Positions 37,601 through 49,679 of a stretch of DNA of 64,000 bases are shown here, piece after piece. Both the position numbers and the translations under genes were made by a program. Below the pieces are notes generated by a model that saw only the letters and a program-made list of their open reading frames with translations, did no database searches and was not told the DNA's origin. Within the stretch, counting starts at the first letter, position 1; every line of letters begins with the position of its first letter. The stretch is from Heteronotia binoei (lineage: Eukaryota): assembly GCF_032191835.1 (NCBI RefSeq), contig NC_083223.1, positions 138,322,001 through 138,386,000 of the forward strand. Direction: 5' to 3'.

Positions 37601-37747
37601 TACCCTGTAAAAATCTGGTCAGAAATACTGGGAAGTTGAGCTCTAAGTGGGTTTTATTTTGTACAGACTTACTTTTGCTTTTCTGCAGTGCTTCATGGGA
37701 TCCAGGTGCAACCCTTAAAATAAACTTGGTCACTTCCAAGACAGAAG
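31668..37747 (+). CDS. Cluster of candidate exons of an unidentified multi-exon gene (31668-31771, 33099-33170, ~34902-34967, ~35825-35938, 36833-36904, 37541-37606, 37689-37747)
   Basis: Each segment is bounded by AG/GT (several with strong polypyrimidine tracts) and has an open frame. Stop-free, phase-consistent chains can be built, but more than one alternative exists. No homolog recognised. Confidence 0.3.
35299..35416 (-). mobile_element. CR1 3'-end fragment
   Basis: agaacataagagaagccatgttggatcaggccaatggcccatccagtcc. Same family as 49680 and 54184. Confidence 0.8.
36117..36516. mobile_element. hAT MITE (CAGGGGTGGCCAAAC) spanning an assembly gap
   Basis: Left TIR intact. The right part is the reverse complement of the 16045-16345 element. 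Confidence 0.75.
36177..36338. other. Assembly gap (162 N)
   Basis: Run of N. Confidence 1.
36582..36749. mobile_element. 168-bp hAT-type MITE
   Basis: Perfect 8-bp TSD CCTTTAAA (36574-36581, 36750-36757). Ends CAGG...CCTG. Confidence 0.85.
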
Positions 37748-38922
37748 GTGAAATGCTGCTTAGTGATTGTATTAATTATACTGATGGAGGCTGGATGGGA
37801 ATTAATTGAAACCTTAGGGAATGGAGAGCTATAGCGGACATTCAGTCAGTCATAGCAACTGGTGGTTGGTTTAGGTTTCTTTTTAATCCTATGTACAATA
37901 AAAGTGATTTAAAAGAAATCTGGTTGATATGGGGAAGAATGGCTTAAACTTAGATCTATAGATCTTAAGAAACATTGAGTTAAATTGAAAGTTCTTTTGG
38001 TTATATTGTGCCCTTCTTCAAACTTGAACAATGAAATCTACAAATACTAGCTCTACATCTCACAGTATTAAATGTTGCAGAGTTTTTTATTATTTTTAAA
38101 ACAGCTGCTTTTATGTTCTTTCTCATTCAAGAATTTGTGGAAACTTGTATTCCCCATTATACGTTCTCCCTCTCTACATTATAGTAGCCTGACCTTTTCT
38201 TACCTTGAAAATTGATACAGTTCAGTATCTAAAAATGTTAGCTGTGTGCCACAAGATCTCTGGTTCAGATCTCACCTCAGTTATGGCAACATTAAGTATC
38301 CTTGGGCAAACTGCTACCTCTCAAGGTCTCCCTTACCACATCCATGCAAGAAATACATTTTCTAGACACCACTATACAAATATATAATGGAAGAATAAAA
38401 ATCGCTTTATATCAGAAATCTAACTGATCACCAAATATATCTATACAACTCCAGTCACCATTCCTAAACACACCAAAGAATTCATTGTCACCAGTCAAGC
38501 TGTACACGACAGCCACATCTGTTCCAACCAAATCATAGATTCTCACCTACAGGATCTACAACAGACCTTTTGGAATTACAATATCCACCTATTGTAGTAA
38601 GGAAACAATACCCACATGCTGTATTAAGGAAACCACATAGCCAGAATGATACCAAGGGATAACATGATACAGGATAGACCCAAGTAAAACAACAACAGAA
38701 CATTGCTGGTGGTCACATATAGCTCTCAACTCAAATTGGTTGAACACATCATTAATAACCTACAACCTTTTCTTCCCCACAGATGGTCTTCTAACCTTAA
38801 ACAGTTTCTCATCTGCTGCAGTGCCCTTCTTAACATGTACATGGATTCTGGGACCAGACCTTGCAACAAACCAAGATGGCAATTCTGTCCCCATATCCAC
38901 TCTGACAACACACTCTCTAGAC

Positions 38923-39296
38923 CAGGGGTCCTCAAACTTTTTAAATAGGAGGCCAGTTCACTGTCCCTCAGACTGTTGGAGGGCTGGACTATAGTAAAAA
39001 CAAAAACTGTCTGTTGTGGCTGCCGTTACTGTACAAGGACATGGGTCGTCAGTTCTCCGTCTTCTGCATCTCTCTCCCTTCCCAACACCACACACCCCGG
39101 CCTGGGAACTCACCTCACCTCGGTATCACCTCACACTCTGTCTCCGCCGCCTCAGCCCAGTGCCGGAAGTGTGCGTTGCTAATGCGAGTTTAGGTCGAAC
39201 ATCACTTCCGGTCTGATTTTGCCATAACCCGGCGGGCCGCATAAACGTTCTCAGCAGGCCGCATCTGGCCCGCGGGCCGTAGTTTGAGGACCCCTG
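38923..39296. mobile_element. hAT-Charlie MITE (OposCharlie1/nhAT-like ends)
   Basis: TIRs CAGGGGTCCTCAAACT / AGTTTGAGGACCCCTG. Perfect TSD CTCTAGAC (38915-38922, 39297-39304). Confidence 0.92.
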
Positions 39297-39552
39297 CTCT
39301 AGACCTACCATCTCAGGTTCATTCATTTGTTCATCGACCAATATTACATGTCATCACATGTTCCAATTCCCTTACATTCTCTACATTGGACAAACAGGTC
39401 AGTTCTTAGGCAAAATAATAAATGGACATAAATCTGACATTAAAAACCACAAGACTCAAAAACCAGTGGGAGAATATTTTACTCCAGGACATTCCATTGC
39501 TGACCTAAGAGTAGCAATCTTCAAACAAAAAAACTTCAAGGAAAGATTACAA

Positions 39553-40085
39553 CAGAGGTGTCGAACTCATTTGTTACGAGGACTGGATCTGACTTAAATT
39601 AGACATTGTCGGGCCGAGCCATGTCGGGCTGGGCCGTGTGTGTACCTATCTCAGATTAGGTAGCAGAAATATAAATTTTATAAAAGGCACACACAAACAC
39701 AAAGATTTAAAACATACTTAAAACATTAGCACCTTTAAACATTAAAGGTGCTTTCTTTGTATCTGGGCAAAGAAAGCTCTGACTCTTTCCTTCCTTCTAC
39801 AGGGGGCCAAGAGGGGGAGGAGCCTCAGCCAATAGAAGAAAGAGAGGCTTGGCTTAGTAGCTCTGCTGTACAATTGAGAGAGCCTGACAAAGCAAGCTCT
39901 CCCTCCCTCTCTCCTCGGCCAGTGGAGAAAATAGACTTTGCTCTGTAGCTCCTGTGTGATGGAGCAAGCCTTGCAAAGCAAGCTATTATGCAGAAGGAAA
40001 CAAGAGAGAGGGAGAAGGAAGCGGATGACAGCCAGTTTGCTTCAGGGCCTGATTCAGCCCCCAGTCCGCATGTTTGACACCCCTA
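39553..40085. mobile_element. hAT MITE, same family as 624-1097
   Basis: CAGAGGTGTCGAAC...GTTTGACACCCCTA. Perfect TSD GATTACAA (39545-39552, 40086-40093). Confidence 0.92.
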
Positions 40086-40116
40086 GATTACAACATGAGA
40101 TTGCTGAAGTTAAATT

Positions 40117-41142
40117 GGAAGATAGTGTGAGTGCTTTCACATGTAATGATAAACAATGCTGTGAAATTCTCAGGCTCATCCCGCACTATCTAAGTCCATG
40201 TTCCTAGTGCAGCAGAATCAGAGATAAAGGAGGTGAAAGGCTAAGTTTCCACTGGAATGGACAGCTTGAGTGACAGGCTGCTCCTCATTTCTGATTGGCC
40301 ACCACCAGCTGAGAAAAACTATGTGATAAGCCAAGTGCTGAAGAGAGTTCAGTTGAGTTCAGTTCATTCCATTCTAGAGGTTATGTCTGTTGGAACCATT
40401 CTGAAGGCAGTCAGTTGGTCAGTGAGTCTGGCACCTTTAAAGTAAAGGAAAAAGACCCCTTTGCCTTAACTATAGTATTCCTATCCCAAGGAGGAATTCA
40501 TTAACAGAATTCAAAGTCTTAAGTGTCAGGCTAAGCTGAAGTACACTTTACATGGAAACCAGAACTGGGATGGTGATTTGGCAAGAGTGATTGGGTAGTG
40601 TGCTGAAATTCCCTTTTAAGCCAAAATGAACAGGGAGAAGATTAATTCCTGCCCAGTTTCTCTGAGGGTTTGGCATCGAAGAGATCTGATGTGAAGGGAA
40701 AATGGCTTTAGACAACACAGGGGGACAGAAATAAACTATAGTTTCAAGAGAGTGTGGTGCTTAGAGGCCCACTCCAAGAAAACTACATTGTCATAGAAAA
40801 CTCTCTGAAGAAACTTTGTTGCTGTAACTAAAATACAAAATGAAACATTTCTCACTATTAAGAGCCTAGAATATATGCAAACAAGCTTCAAGATAAATAT
40901 TTTGCCTGTTAAAGAAGTGTAGCTTGAAATACCAACAAGTTTTACCTCAGCTTTTCCACTCTCTGACTACACCTATTATCCCCTGCCTTTTAGATAAATT
41001 TTAAGATTTCTGTTTGTCTGCTATACCATCTCAAGTGCCTCGGCCAGTGGAGAAAATAGAGACTTTGCTCTGTAGCTCCTGTGTGATTGAGCAAGCCTTG
41101 CAAAGCAAGCTATTATGCAGAAGGAAACAAGAGAGATGGAGA
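40117..41142 (+). repeat. Composite templated insertion: copy of 27.47-28.42 kb plus copy of MITE interior 39915-40016
   Basis: Two direct sequence matches. The insertion is flanked by AAATT at 40112-40116 and 41143-41147, and the Penelope frame resumes after it. Confidence 0.9.
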
Positions 41143-42828
41143 AAATTCATTCACGAGTTCAGACCAATGGGGGGAACCACCCATCAGTCCAGGGTTGAAT
41201 GGGGACACAGGATTCTTTTATTGCCACAAATGCTTATTTTCTGACCAAGCATTTCCTTTCTGCTCTAATCAAGCAGATTACAATATGCATTGTAGCTCTG
41301 CATCCTAAGTCTCTTTTTTTACAATACCCCTCCCACTTTCTGACTGCGACGTAAAGACTCAGATCTCCATTTCTACTTGTATCTGATGAAGGTTGCTTTG
41401 ACTCTTGAAAGCTTATACCCCCAAAATCTTGTTGGTCTCTGTGGTGCTGTTGGACTTGAATCTAGCTGTTCTACTGCAGACCAACATGGCTACACTCTGA
41501 AGCTAACCACATCTGTAGAAGTATTACATGGGTACATGTACAGACCCATGTGTGAACATTTCTTCATACATTTCTTCATATCAACAAATTAATACTTTGC
41601 TAAAATAGAACACAGTCTTACACGCCATATGAAGACTGATTTTAAGATGAGATTAAGCAACTACTGTACAGTCATGTGAAAATAAATTATGCATATATAC
41701 TGCAGAAGCATTGCAGGTGTGCTGCCCCTGATTTTAAGATTCATGTGTTAACAGTATATTTTTGAATGTTTTTAATGCATGCCAAGCTTAGAAGCATTTT
41801 AAAAATAAAGAACAAAGTAACAATGATGAGATACCCTTCCTCTAAGAAGAGACAAACATTGGAAAGAAGAGGCATGATGCTGTACAGAGCTGGAATGCTG
41901 TTTTACTAATAGCAACAGATTTTCAGAGGCAATTGCGCAGCCCACAGAAGTTGTTATTGTTATTTTTTAAAAATGCTTCTCTTTCCAGAGAAAAGTCTAA
42001 ATAACTAACTAGATTAGCAGTGATTAGAAAAATTAAAGCTATAATGATTATGATAGCAAATCATGCCTATAATAAGAAAGCCAGTAATAGTGTAACAAAT
42101 TTGTATATGGTGTTATTTTACAGAAAAATTAACAATTGAATTCCTATTTAAAAAGGAATAATTTAACACTTGCTCTGAAAATTCGTAATGTCTCACTATA
42201 GCAGGCTTTTGGAGGGCCATAATCAAAAGCCTTATTTCGAGCATTTATTTAGTAAAACAAAGTGAAAGGTCTTGTAGAAAACTATGCTACCCATATCTCT
42301 AAGGATAGGATGGCCTGTGCAGGGAGGAAAAATATATATATATATATATATATATATAAGGGTACTCTATTGAAAGAAGAAAACTAAAAGTCAGACACTC
42401 ATACCGGTTTGTCACTTTCAGCTTACAAATAGAAGAAAAAGCAGGTTGTGGAGGCTTGGAATGCACAACTTATGATGCTATTGGTAGCACAAGTAGAAGA
42501 AGGAGATATGGAATGTCTTCCTTGTTCTCTGCTGTCAGCCACTAGCAATAATAATTAACTAGTTTTGTTTAAGGGCAGCTGTGAGCAAGAAGTGGAGGGG
42601 GAAGTCAACATTCTAATTGACTTCGCTCTTGGCTAATAACTTGGAAGGCAAATATACCATTAAAAATGATTGCCTAGGGCCATCTAATGGATGGGCTGCC
42701 CCTGATAGACACTCTTTACCCCCCCCCCCCGCTAGGTGATTCTTCTTAGTTCAAGGAAAACCTTTTCTCCTATATTTGTTATTGTTATTTATTTGTTTAT
42801 AATATTTATAGTTGTCTGTCAGCTGTGA

Positions 42829-43129
42829 AGAAGAGCCCTGTGGCACAGAGTGGTAAAGCTGCAGTACTGCAGTCCTAAGCTCTGCTCATGACCTGAGTTC
42901 AATCCTGGCAGAAGCTGGGTTCAGGTAGCCAGCTCAAGGTTGTCTCAGCCTTCCATCCCTCCGAGGTCGGTAAAATGAGTACCCAGCTTGCTAGAGGGAA
43001 AGTGTAGATGACTGGGGAAGGGTATGGCAAACCACCCTGTAAAAAATCTGCTGTGAAAACGTTGTGAAAGCAACGTCACCACAGAGTCGGAAATGACTGC
43101 TTGCACAAGGGACTACCTTTACCTTTTTA
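42829..43129 (+). mobile_element. Sauria SINE, full length
   Basis: gtggcacagagtggtaaagctgcagtactgcagtc...gccttccatccctccgaggtcggtaaaatgagtacccagc...acctttacctttt. TSD TCAGCTGTGA (42819-42828, 43130-43139). Confidence 0.92.
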
Positions 43130-43149
43130 TCAGCTGTGAGGCATTTGTG

Positions 43150-43790
43150 AGCTATTTTGTGGACAAAATCTTGTTGCTCTGTCAGGACCTCTCTGCTACA
43201 GTTGAAACAGTACGTGAACTCAAAGCCCCTTGGATGTCTTTCAGTTCTGTGTAGGACCGATTCAGTCAACTCTCCCAGGAGGAGGTTGACAAGACCCTGG
43301 TGGCTGTGTAGCCCACTGCCTGCCTCCTTGATCTGTGCTCATCCTGGCTTATTAAAGCCAGTGGAGATGGAATTCAGGCGACATTATCAACTTGTCCCTA
43401 TCATCAGGGCTATTTCCAGGATGCCTCAAGGAGGTGTGACCACTTTTTGGAGAAAAAAAATCTTCTTTAGACTCTACAGTCCTAGTCCAGTATTGTCCAG
43501 TATTGAATCTTCTGTTCCTGGGTAAGGTAGTTGAGAGAGTGGTAGCAGAGCAGCTACAGGTATTCTTGGATGACTCCTCTATCCTGGATCTATTTCAGTC
43601 TGGCTTCTGCCTAGGCCATGGAATAGAGACCATGCTGGTCATTTTCATGGATGACCTCTGGAGGCACTGGATCAAGGTGGGTCACGCTGCTGTGGCTATT
43701 TGATATAATGGCAGCATTTGACCCAGTCAACTATGACCTTCTAACCCACCAGTTTGTTGACATGGGGATATGGGGAACTGCATTTGTCAG
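43150..43790 (+). mobile_element. Old L2 RT fragment
   Basis: Degenerate LFLGKVVERVVAEQL...QSGFCLGHGIETML...AAFD.V. Confidence 0.75.
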
Positions 43791-44489
43791 GTTGTATTTA
43801 ACATGTTAGGCTAGGAATTGTGGAGGCCTAACACAGTTCAAATACACAGTCTTTTCCTACAAGGAAAATGTAATGATAGGAACTACCTTAATGAGTACAT
43901 CTAGTTAATACCTCTCTCCCATAAATAAAATCAAAAGTAATTAAATAGTCTGCTTCTCAGAGACTTCTATAATATGTAATACTTAGAGAGCATCCTGCAT
44001 TCCACAGCTTATGGACAGCCAAATTTACAATCACCATCAACCAGAAGAGCCACATGACTATTGTATGACATGTGTACCATCACCCAACACACAATACAAT
44101 AGTAAGATACAGGGCTTTTTTGAGCAGGAACGCAGTTCCGGCTGGCTTGGCCAGGGCTTCAGCTCAAAAAAAAATCTCCGGCAGAGGGAAGGCACTAGGC
44201 AGCCACACACTCCCAGACTGCACACTCCGTTCTCTCTGCTGCCTCAGCTTCCAAAGGGTTTGTTGGTTGCTGAGAAAGGGGAGTAAGACCACCCCCACCC
44301 CCCACTATGGATAGCTTGCTGTTTTCCTGTATGACTGCCATGGTGATGCTGGTTGCACTTTTTCTCTGTGGCCAGCCTGCAGCTGCCTGGGTGCTGATAT
44401 GAAAATGCAGAGGTGGCAAATAAAGGAGGGGGTTGTTGGAGATAATGGTCCTTTACCTCCATCTATGAGGCCTGTAGTTTAGGGAGGTT

Positions 44490-46040
44490 CACTGGTTGCT
44501 CCAGGATTAGATGGTATTCCACCTGAAGCCTTGAAAGAAAATTTTGGAGCAGTTTTTAGCTGTACTGTTTACGTACATAGATGATTCTGGTCATACTCAA
44601 CTAGACAGTGGAGAACCACAGTAGTAGTCCCAATTTATACAAAGGGTAAAAAACCTGCTCCTACTAGTTGGCTTTAGTGTAGAAAGATCAACTACAGAGT
44701 GCTGTTTGATTTTTTGACATCAAATAGAAAAATACTCAGCCAGAGGTCCTATTTAAAAAACAACGGCTTTTTCTTATTTGTGCCTTATGTGATGATTCCA
44801 ACCTAAGAGTGAGATTGTCCATTGAGACTTCTTACAGAACCTATTAAAACTTTTAAAGGAGTAAGACAGGGCTGTCTCTTAGCCCCTATCTTATTTAATC
44901 TGTATCTGAGTGATGTGGTTTAACATGGCAATTTCTGATTTCCATCCTCCAAAACATGGCTCGTGTCATATATAGACTTTACTGTATGCAGACAACACAG
45001 GCCGTTCTTTTATTGACACTGCTGGGACTCAATAGGGCACTTGATAGTTTTGCCACATATTGTGACAAAGAACATCTTGCCATCAATTATGATAAGCCCC
45101 CCCCTCCAAAAAAAAGGGGGCATGAACAATGAAGGGAAATAAAAATTGAGCAGGTCAATAAATTCATTTACCTTGGGGTAACATTCCAGGAGACTGGATG
45201 TACTGCCACACATTGTAATCTGATAGCAGGGTGCACTGAGAAAACTATGTATGCAGTCTTAAGATTTTTCCATTCTAAGGGAGGTCTTTTATGTACCTAC
45301 TACACTGAAACTCTTTCAGGCTAAAGTAATAGCTCAACTTCTGTATGGCACTCTTATTGGTATTTTGGCCACCAGCTTGAATTTACTTGAAAAGCTACCA
45401 TCTAATGTATTCATGCCATTTTACAGGTCCCTCCAGCTATTTCTAACTCTCTTATCTAGAAATGAGAATTAAGATTGAGGTGAGGATTTTATTGGCATCC
45501 ACTTCCTAATGGCTCAAGATACACATTAATCCAAAAGGACTTCTTCCCCTTGTAACACAAGATTCTTACCAACCAAGTTGGCTTCACATCGTTGAGGGAA
45601 GCCTTGAATGGGTCTTTCAGCTGGCACTCTTTTGTCACAGACCATTTATCAGGCAAAATCTATAACCAAACAAAGGGCAGGGCTTTCTTTTGTAGCAGGA
45701 ACTCTTTTGCATTTTAGGCTATACCCCCCCTGATGTAGCCAATCCTCCAAGAGCTTAGAGTAGACCCTGTAAGAAGAGTCCTGTAAGCTCTTGGAGGATT
45801 GGCTACATCAGGGGGGTGTAGCCTAATATGCAGAGGAGTTCCTCCTACAAAAAAAGCCCTGACAAAGGGTTTGTGACATGGAACACCAGCAAGTCTTAAT
45901 GAAGTCCCCTGGTTTTAGAGCTCCTGAGAAGACAAAATACACCATGCAAATGGCCGAGTACCTTTAGAGTTCCCCCCTCACAGAAGGTCTTTTACACTGC
46001 CCAGATGTGATGCCATGCTGTCTATAATTTTGGAAGGGAG
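44490..46040 (+). mobile_element. Degraded RTE-X-like LINE fragment
   Basis: GLDGIPPEAL, ggagtaagacagggctgtctcttagcccctatcttatttaatctg (GVRQGCLLAP.LFN), YADNT. Similar to the 25150-27203 element. Confidence 0.65.
45678..45861. mobile_element. Fold-back hAT MITE (almost entirely palindromic)
   Basis: About 80-bp imperfect arms starting CAGGGCTTTCTTTTGTAG / CTACAAAAAAAGCCCTG. Perfect TSD ACAAAGGG (45670-45677, 45862-45869). Confidence 0.92.
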
Positions 46041-46062
46041 ATATAAGAAGATTACATACTCT

Positions 46063-46331
46063 GAGGAGGAGGAGGAGAAGAAGAAGAATTGCAGATTTAT
46101 ACCCTGCCCTTCTCTCTGAATCAGAGACTCCTTTATCTTCTCCCCCCACAACAAACACCCTGTTTGGTGGGTGGGGCTGAGAGGGCTCTCACAACAGCTG
46201 CCTGTTCAAGGACAACTTCTGCAATAGCTATGGCTAGCCCAAGACCATTCCAGCAGGTGCAAGTGGAGGAGTGGGGAATCTTCTCCCAGATAAGAGTCCT
46301 TGCACTTAACCACTACACCAAACTGGCTCTC
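46063..46331 (-). mobile_element. Squam3-like SINE
   Basis: Head ...cacttaaccactacaccaaactggctctc, (GAG)n(AAG)n tail. Confidence 0.85.
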
Positions 46332-46509
46332 AGAGGATTTGCCTCTGCCCTCTAGCCAAGATGGAAATAATGGGACATGTCTTTGTCCAATGCCCCTCTA
46401 TAATCAGATTTTAGATAAGATAATCCTTTCCATTGTAGGCAGTGCTATGATAGGAGATGACATGTTTAAATAAATTATTAATAGAAACCTCAGTTATTAC
46501 CAAGGTTTA

Positions 46510-47333
46510 GGTTTGTTGGATTTATATCCTGCCCTCCCCGCCGAAGCAGGCTCAGAGCAGCTCACAACCAGTAAGAGCAGAACAATTGAACAGTTAAACA
46601 ATTAAAGCAATTTAAAAAGTTAAAACAGTTAAGAACAATTAAAACAGTCTGGTGCTAATCATATTTGATATTTTCTCGCTTCAGATGGCGTTCAGTATAT
46701 ATTAGATGTATATCAGTCACACCATATCAGTCCTTCCATGTCAGTTAAAGGCCTGCCAGAATAGAGTTGTCTTACAGACCTTTGCGGAACTGGGCGAGGT
46801 CCCACAAGGCCCTAACTTCTTCCGGCAGTTGATTTGGCGGATTCAGCTTCAATCGACTCAGCCTGCGCCATCCTGCCACAGCTTGCAGCATCAGGTCCAA
46901 ATTTTCTGAGACACAGCCAGATCGGCCGTCCATCAATAGATAGAGCTGGGTGTTATCAGCATATTGATGGCAGCCCAGCCCATACCTCTGGGCAATCTGA
47001 GCATGTAGATGTTAAACAACATTGGGAAGAGCACCGCCCCCTGAGGCACACCACAATTAAGTGAGTGTCTCCGGGACGACTGTCTCTGGATTGCCACCCT
47101 TTGTCCCCGACCATAACGGAAAGAGGAAAGCCATTTGCAACGCCAACTCCTGAATCCCTACGTCGGCAAGACGGTGGGTCAGCAACTGATGGTTGATCGT
47201 ATTGAATGCAGCTGGTAGATCTAATAACATCAGTACTACCGAACCGCCTTGGTCCAGATGCCGCTGGAGGTCATCCACCAGGGTGACCAGTACTGTCTCC
47301 AACCCATGACCTGGGCAGAAACCAGACTGGGAT
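46510..47333 (-). mobile_element. L2 fragment with internal deletion
   Basis: ETVLVTLVDDLQRHLDQGGSVVLMLLDL...; RT joined to the 3' UTR and tail ggatttatatcctgccctccccgccgaagcaggctcagagcagct. Confidence 0.85.
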
Positions 47334-47846
47334 CTAGCTAACAGCTAGCTTCTGTGCTCAGGCAATCAAAGTGTGCAATAAATTTCAGTTCTGCCCTTTT
47401 GAGCCTTGATTCAGGTTCTTCAGGAGGTTTACTATATAGTTCCTGTTTTTTAGATTTTAAGGTTCAAATTTTAAAATGGTTATCTGCGCTGTTACTTATG
47501 TATTTTATATATTTATCTTTCAACAATGTAATTTTATCTTGTTTTTGCTGCCTTTTATTATTACATTTTAACTGGAAATCTTAACTTGTACACTGGTATA
47601 TATGATAATGTTTTGTTTTGTCAGTTGGCTCTTGGTCGTGGACTGTAGTGGCAATTGTTTCAAGGAGAGAACCAATTGCCCACTACAGTGGTCTCATTTT
47701 CCTGGAACATGGGACATGTGCCACATTGAAGAACAGAGCTCAGAAGAGTCACAGATGGAATTTCAAAGAGCATTGTGTGGCTTCCGAGCCAATGAGTGAA
47801 AATCACTATTCTGAACCTATTAACCAGAATGCTGGAGTTTAGGAAG

Positions 47847-48031
47847 NNNNNNNNNNNNNNNNNNNNNNNNNNNNNNNNNNNNNNNNNNNNNNNNNNNNNN
47901 NNNNNNNNNNNNNNNNNNNNNNNNNNNNNNNNNNNNNNNNNNNNNNNNNNNNNNNNNNNNNNNNNNNNNNNNNNNNNNNNNNNNNNNNNNNNNNNNNNNN
48001 NNNNNNNNNNNNNNNNNNNNNNNNNNNNNNN
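47847..48031. other. Assembly gap (185 N)
   Basis: Run of N. Confidence 1.
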
Positions 48032-49679
48032 AAGCGGATTCAAATGCCAGTGGAAGATTAACTGGGTCTCAGGGAAAAACCAAACAAACCAAGCCTGATT
48101 TTTCATTTGTGTTTTGTGGACAAGAGGTTTTAATTGTAATTTTTTTTTTTCAAAAATCACTTCCATGAATGCACAACAAAGAAGTCAGTATAATCTTGGC
48201 TACTTAAATGCTTGTTCTCCTCATGTCACAGGACAAAAAATGCTACAACTATGGGTATGTAGAAAATGCTAAGGAAGGGGAAATAATGTCAATAAGTGTT
48301 CAGACTTAAGACATTTGAAAATTATTTTTTTAAAATAGCTACCTATACATTTTTAAAATTGATTTTATACAATGCAACAAGTGGAAGCAAAGTTGATCCC
48401 CTTTAAAAAAAAACATTTCTCCATTCATACTCATGGAAATTATTCTATGGCAAAAAAAAAGCCTGAATAATTTGTAATACAAAGAAATACTTCACTTAGC
48501 TTTCATGTTATAAGAGAGACACATATAATACAAAATTAAGGACGAATTTATACTGAAGACTACCTTATTATGTTCAACTTTGAATCTGTTGCCCTGTGAA
48601 TAATTGCTTCTGAAAAACATAAAGATCCTCATCAATATGGAATTGACTATATAAATGAATTCTAGATTGAGCATATCATGAAACAACATATGGCACCATA
48701 TTATGTTGTTCAAGCTTTTCCAGATATCTGTACCAGTCTTTTTTCCATCAGTGTTGTGAACAAAGCTACATTTTTTGTTCTTTGAATGAAAAGCCTACCA
48801 GACTTCCTCCTTGTAGTGCAAATGTGCTTATACGGATTAAACATGGCTCACAGAAGTGACATCTGCATTAGTGAATGATACTATTTAAAAAAAAACACAT
48901 ACAACATTTCATCATGAAATCAGCAGTCATTGCACTCTCAGTGGCACCATCCATCAGAGCTATGATTGGAACTCAGAATGACATCCAGCACTACTTTGGT
49001 GTGATGGGGTATAATCAAGAGGCAAAGCAAATTCTTAGAGGCAAACTCTGTGTTACGTATCAGATCCTACCAATGAAAATAATTTCAATATTTCACATTA
49101 TTGCCTCTTTCTGAACATATTTCCATTTATTTCAGTAACATTATAGTTTAATTAAAATTCTTACTTAAGATTTAATTCTGATCTCTCAGTGTTATTAAAA
49201 TACATTTGAAACAGAGAGAATGGCATTGTGAAGTCTATTTGATATGCCTTGCTGAAGCAGGCCTCATGGAGGAAAACTTTTGCCTATAGCAACTGCATGA
49301 TAGGCAGAAATTCAACAGCTTTTTCTGGTGCCAAATCCACTGAAACAATTTGTCCTCTACCAAATACTCTCTGGAATAAAAGCGGCTTAAATGCCTTTCC
49401 ATGTGCAGCAGGTGACCATTTCACTTGTCTCAAGAAAGTGAACCAACCAACACTGCAAAAGAATGGACAGTAACTGAGATTCCTGTTCAAAAGGTATATG
49501 ATACAGAGAGAAAAGAGAAGACAAAATGAGAAAGCTGAAGAAATAAAAGCTTAGCAAAAAAAGGCTTTGGAAAATCCACCCATCAACACAATAACATCCT
49601 TTTGATTTGTATGAAGCCTGAAATAATTAACTGTTACTCCATAGATCATAAATACAGAGCCTTACTCAAAGTAAACTGT

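Larger units (their letters stand above)
38345..41500 (+). mobile_element. Penelope-like element remnant (RT C-terminus, GIY-YIG endonuclease, 3' tail) broken by three insertions
   Basis: FLDTT...; YIGQTGQFLGKIINGHKSDI...KPVGEYF..GHS..DLRVAI...RLQ|HEIAEVK|FIHEF...PGLNGDTGF; tail tctgatgaag...gaaagcttatacc...ttgttggtct at 41380-41500. Confidence 0.85.

Noticed and set aside
49248-49452. Minus-strand exon-like segment (ttcttttgcag acceptor, GC donor)
   Set aside because: All three frames contain stops, the donor is non-canonical and no homolog is recognised.
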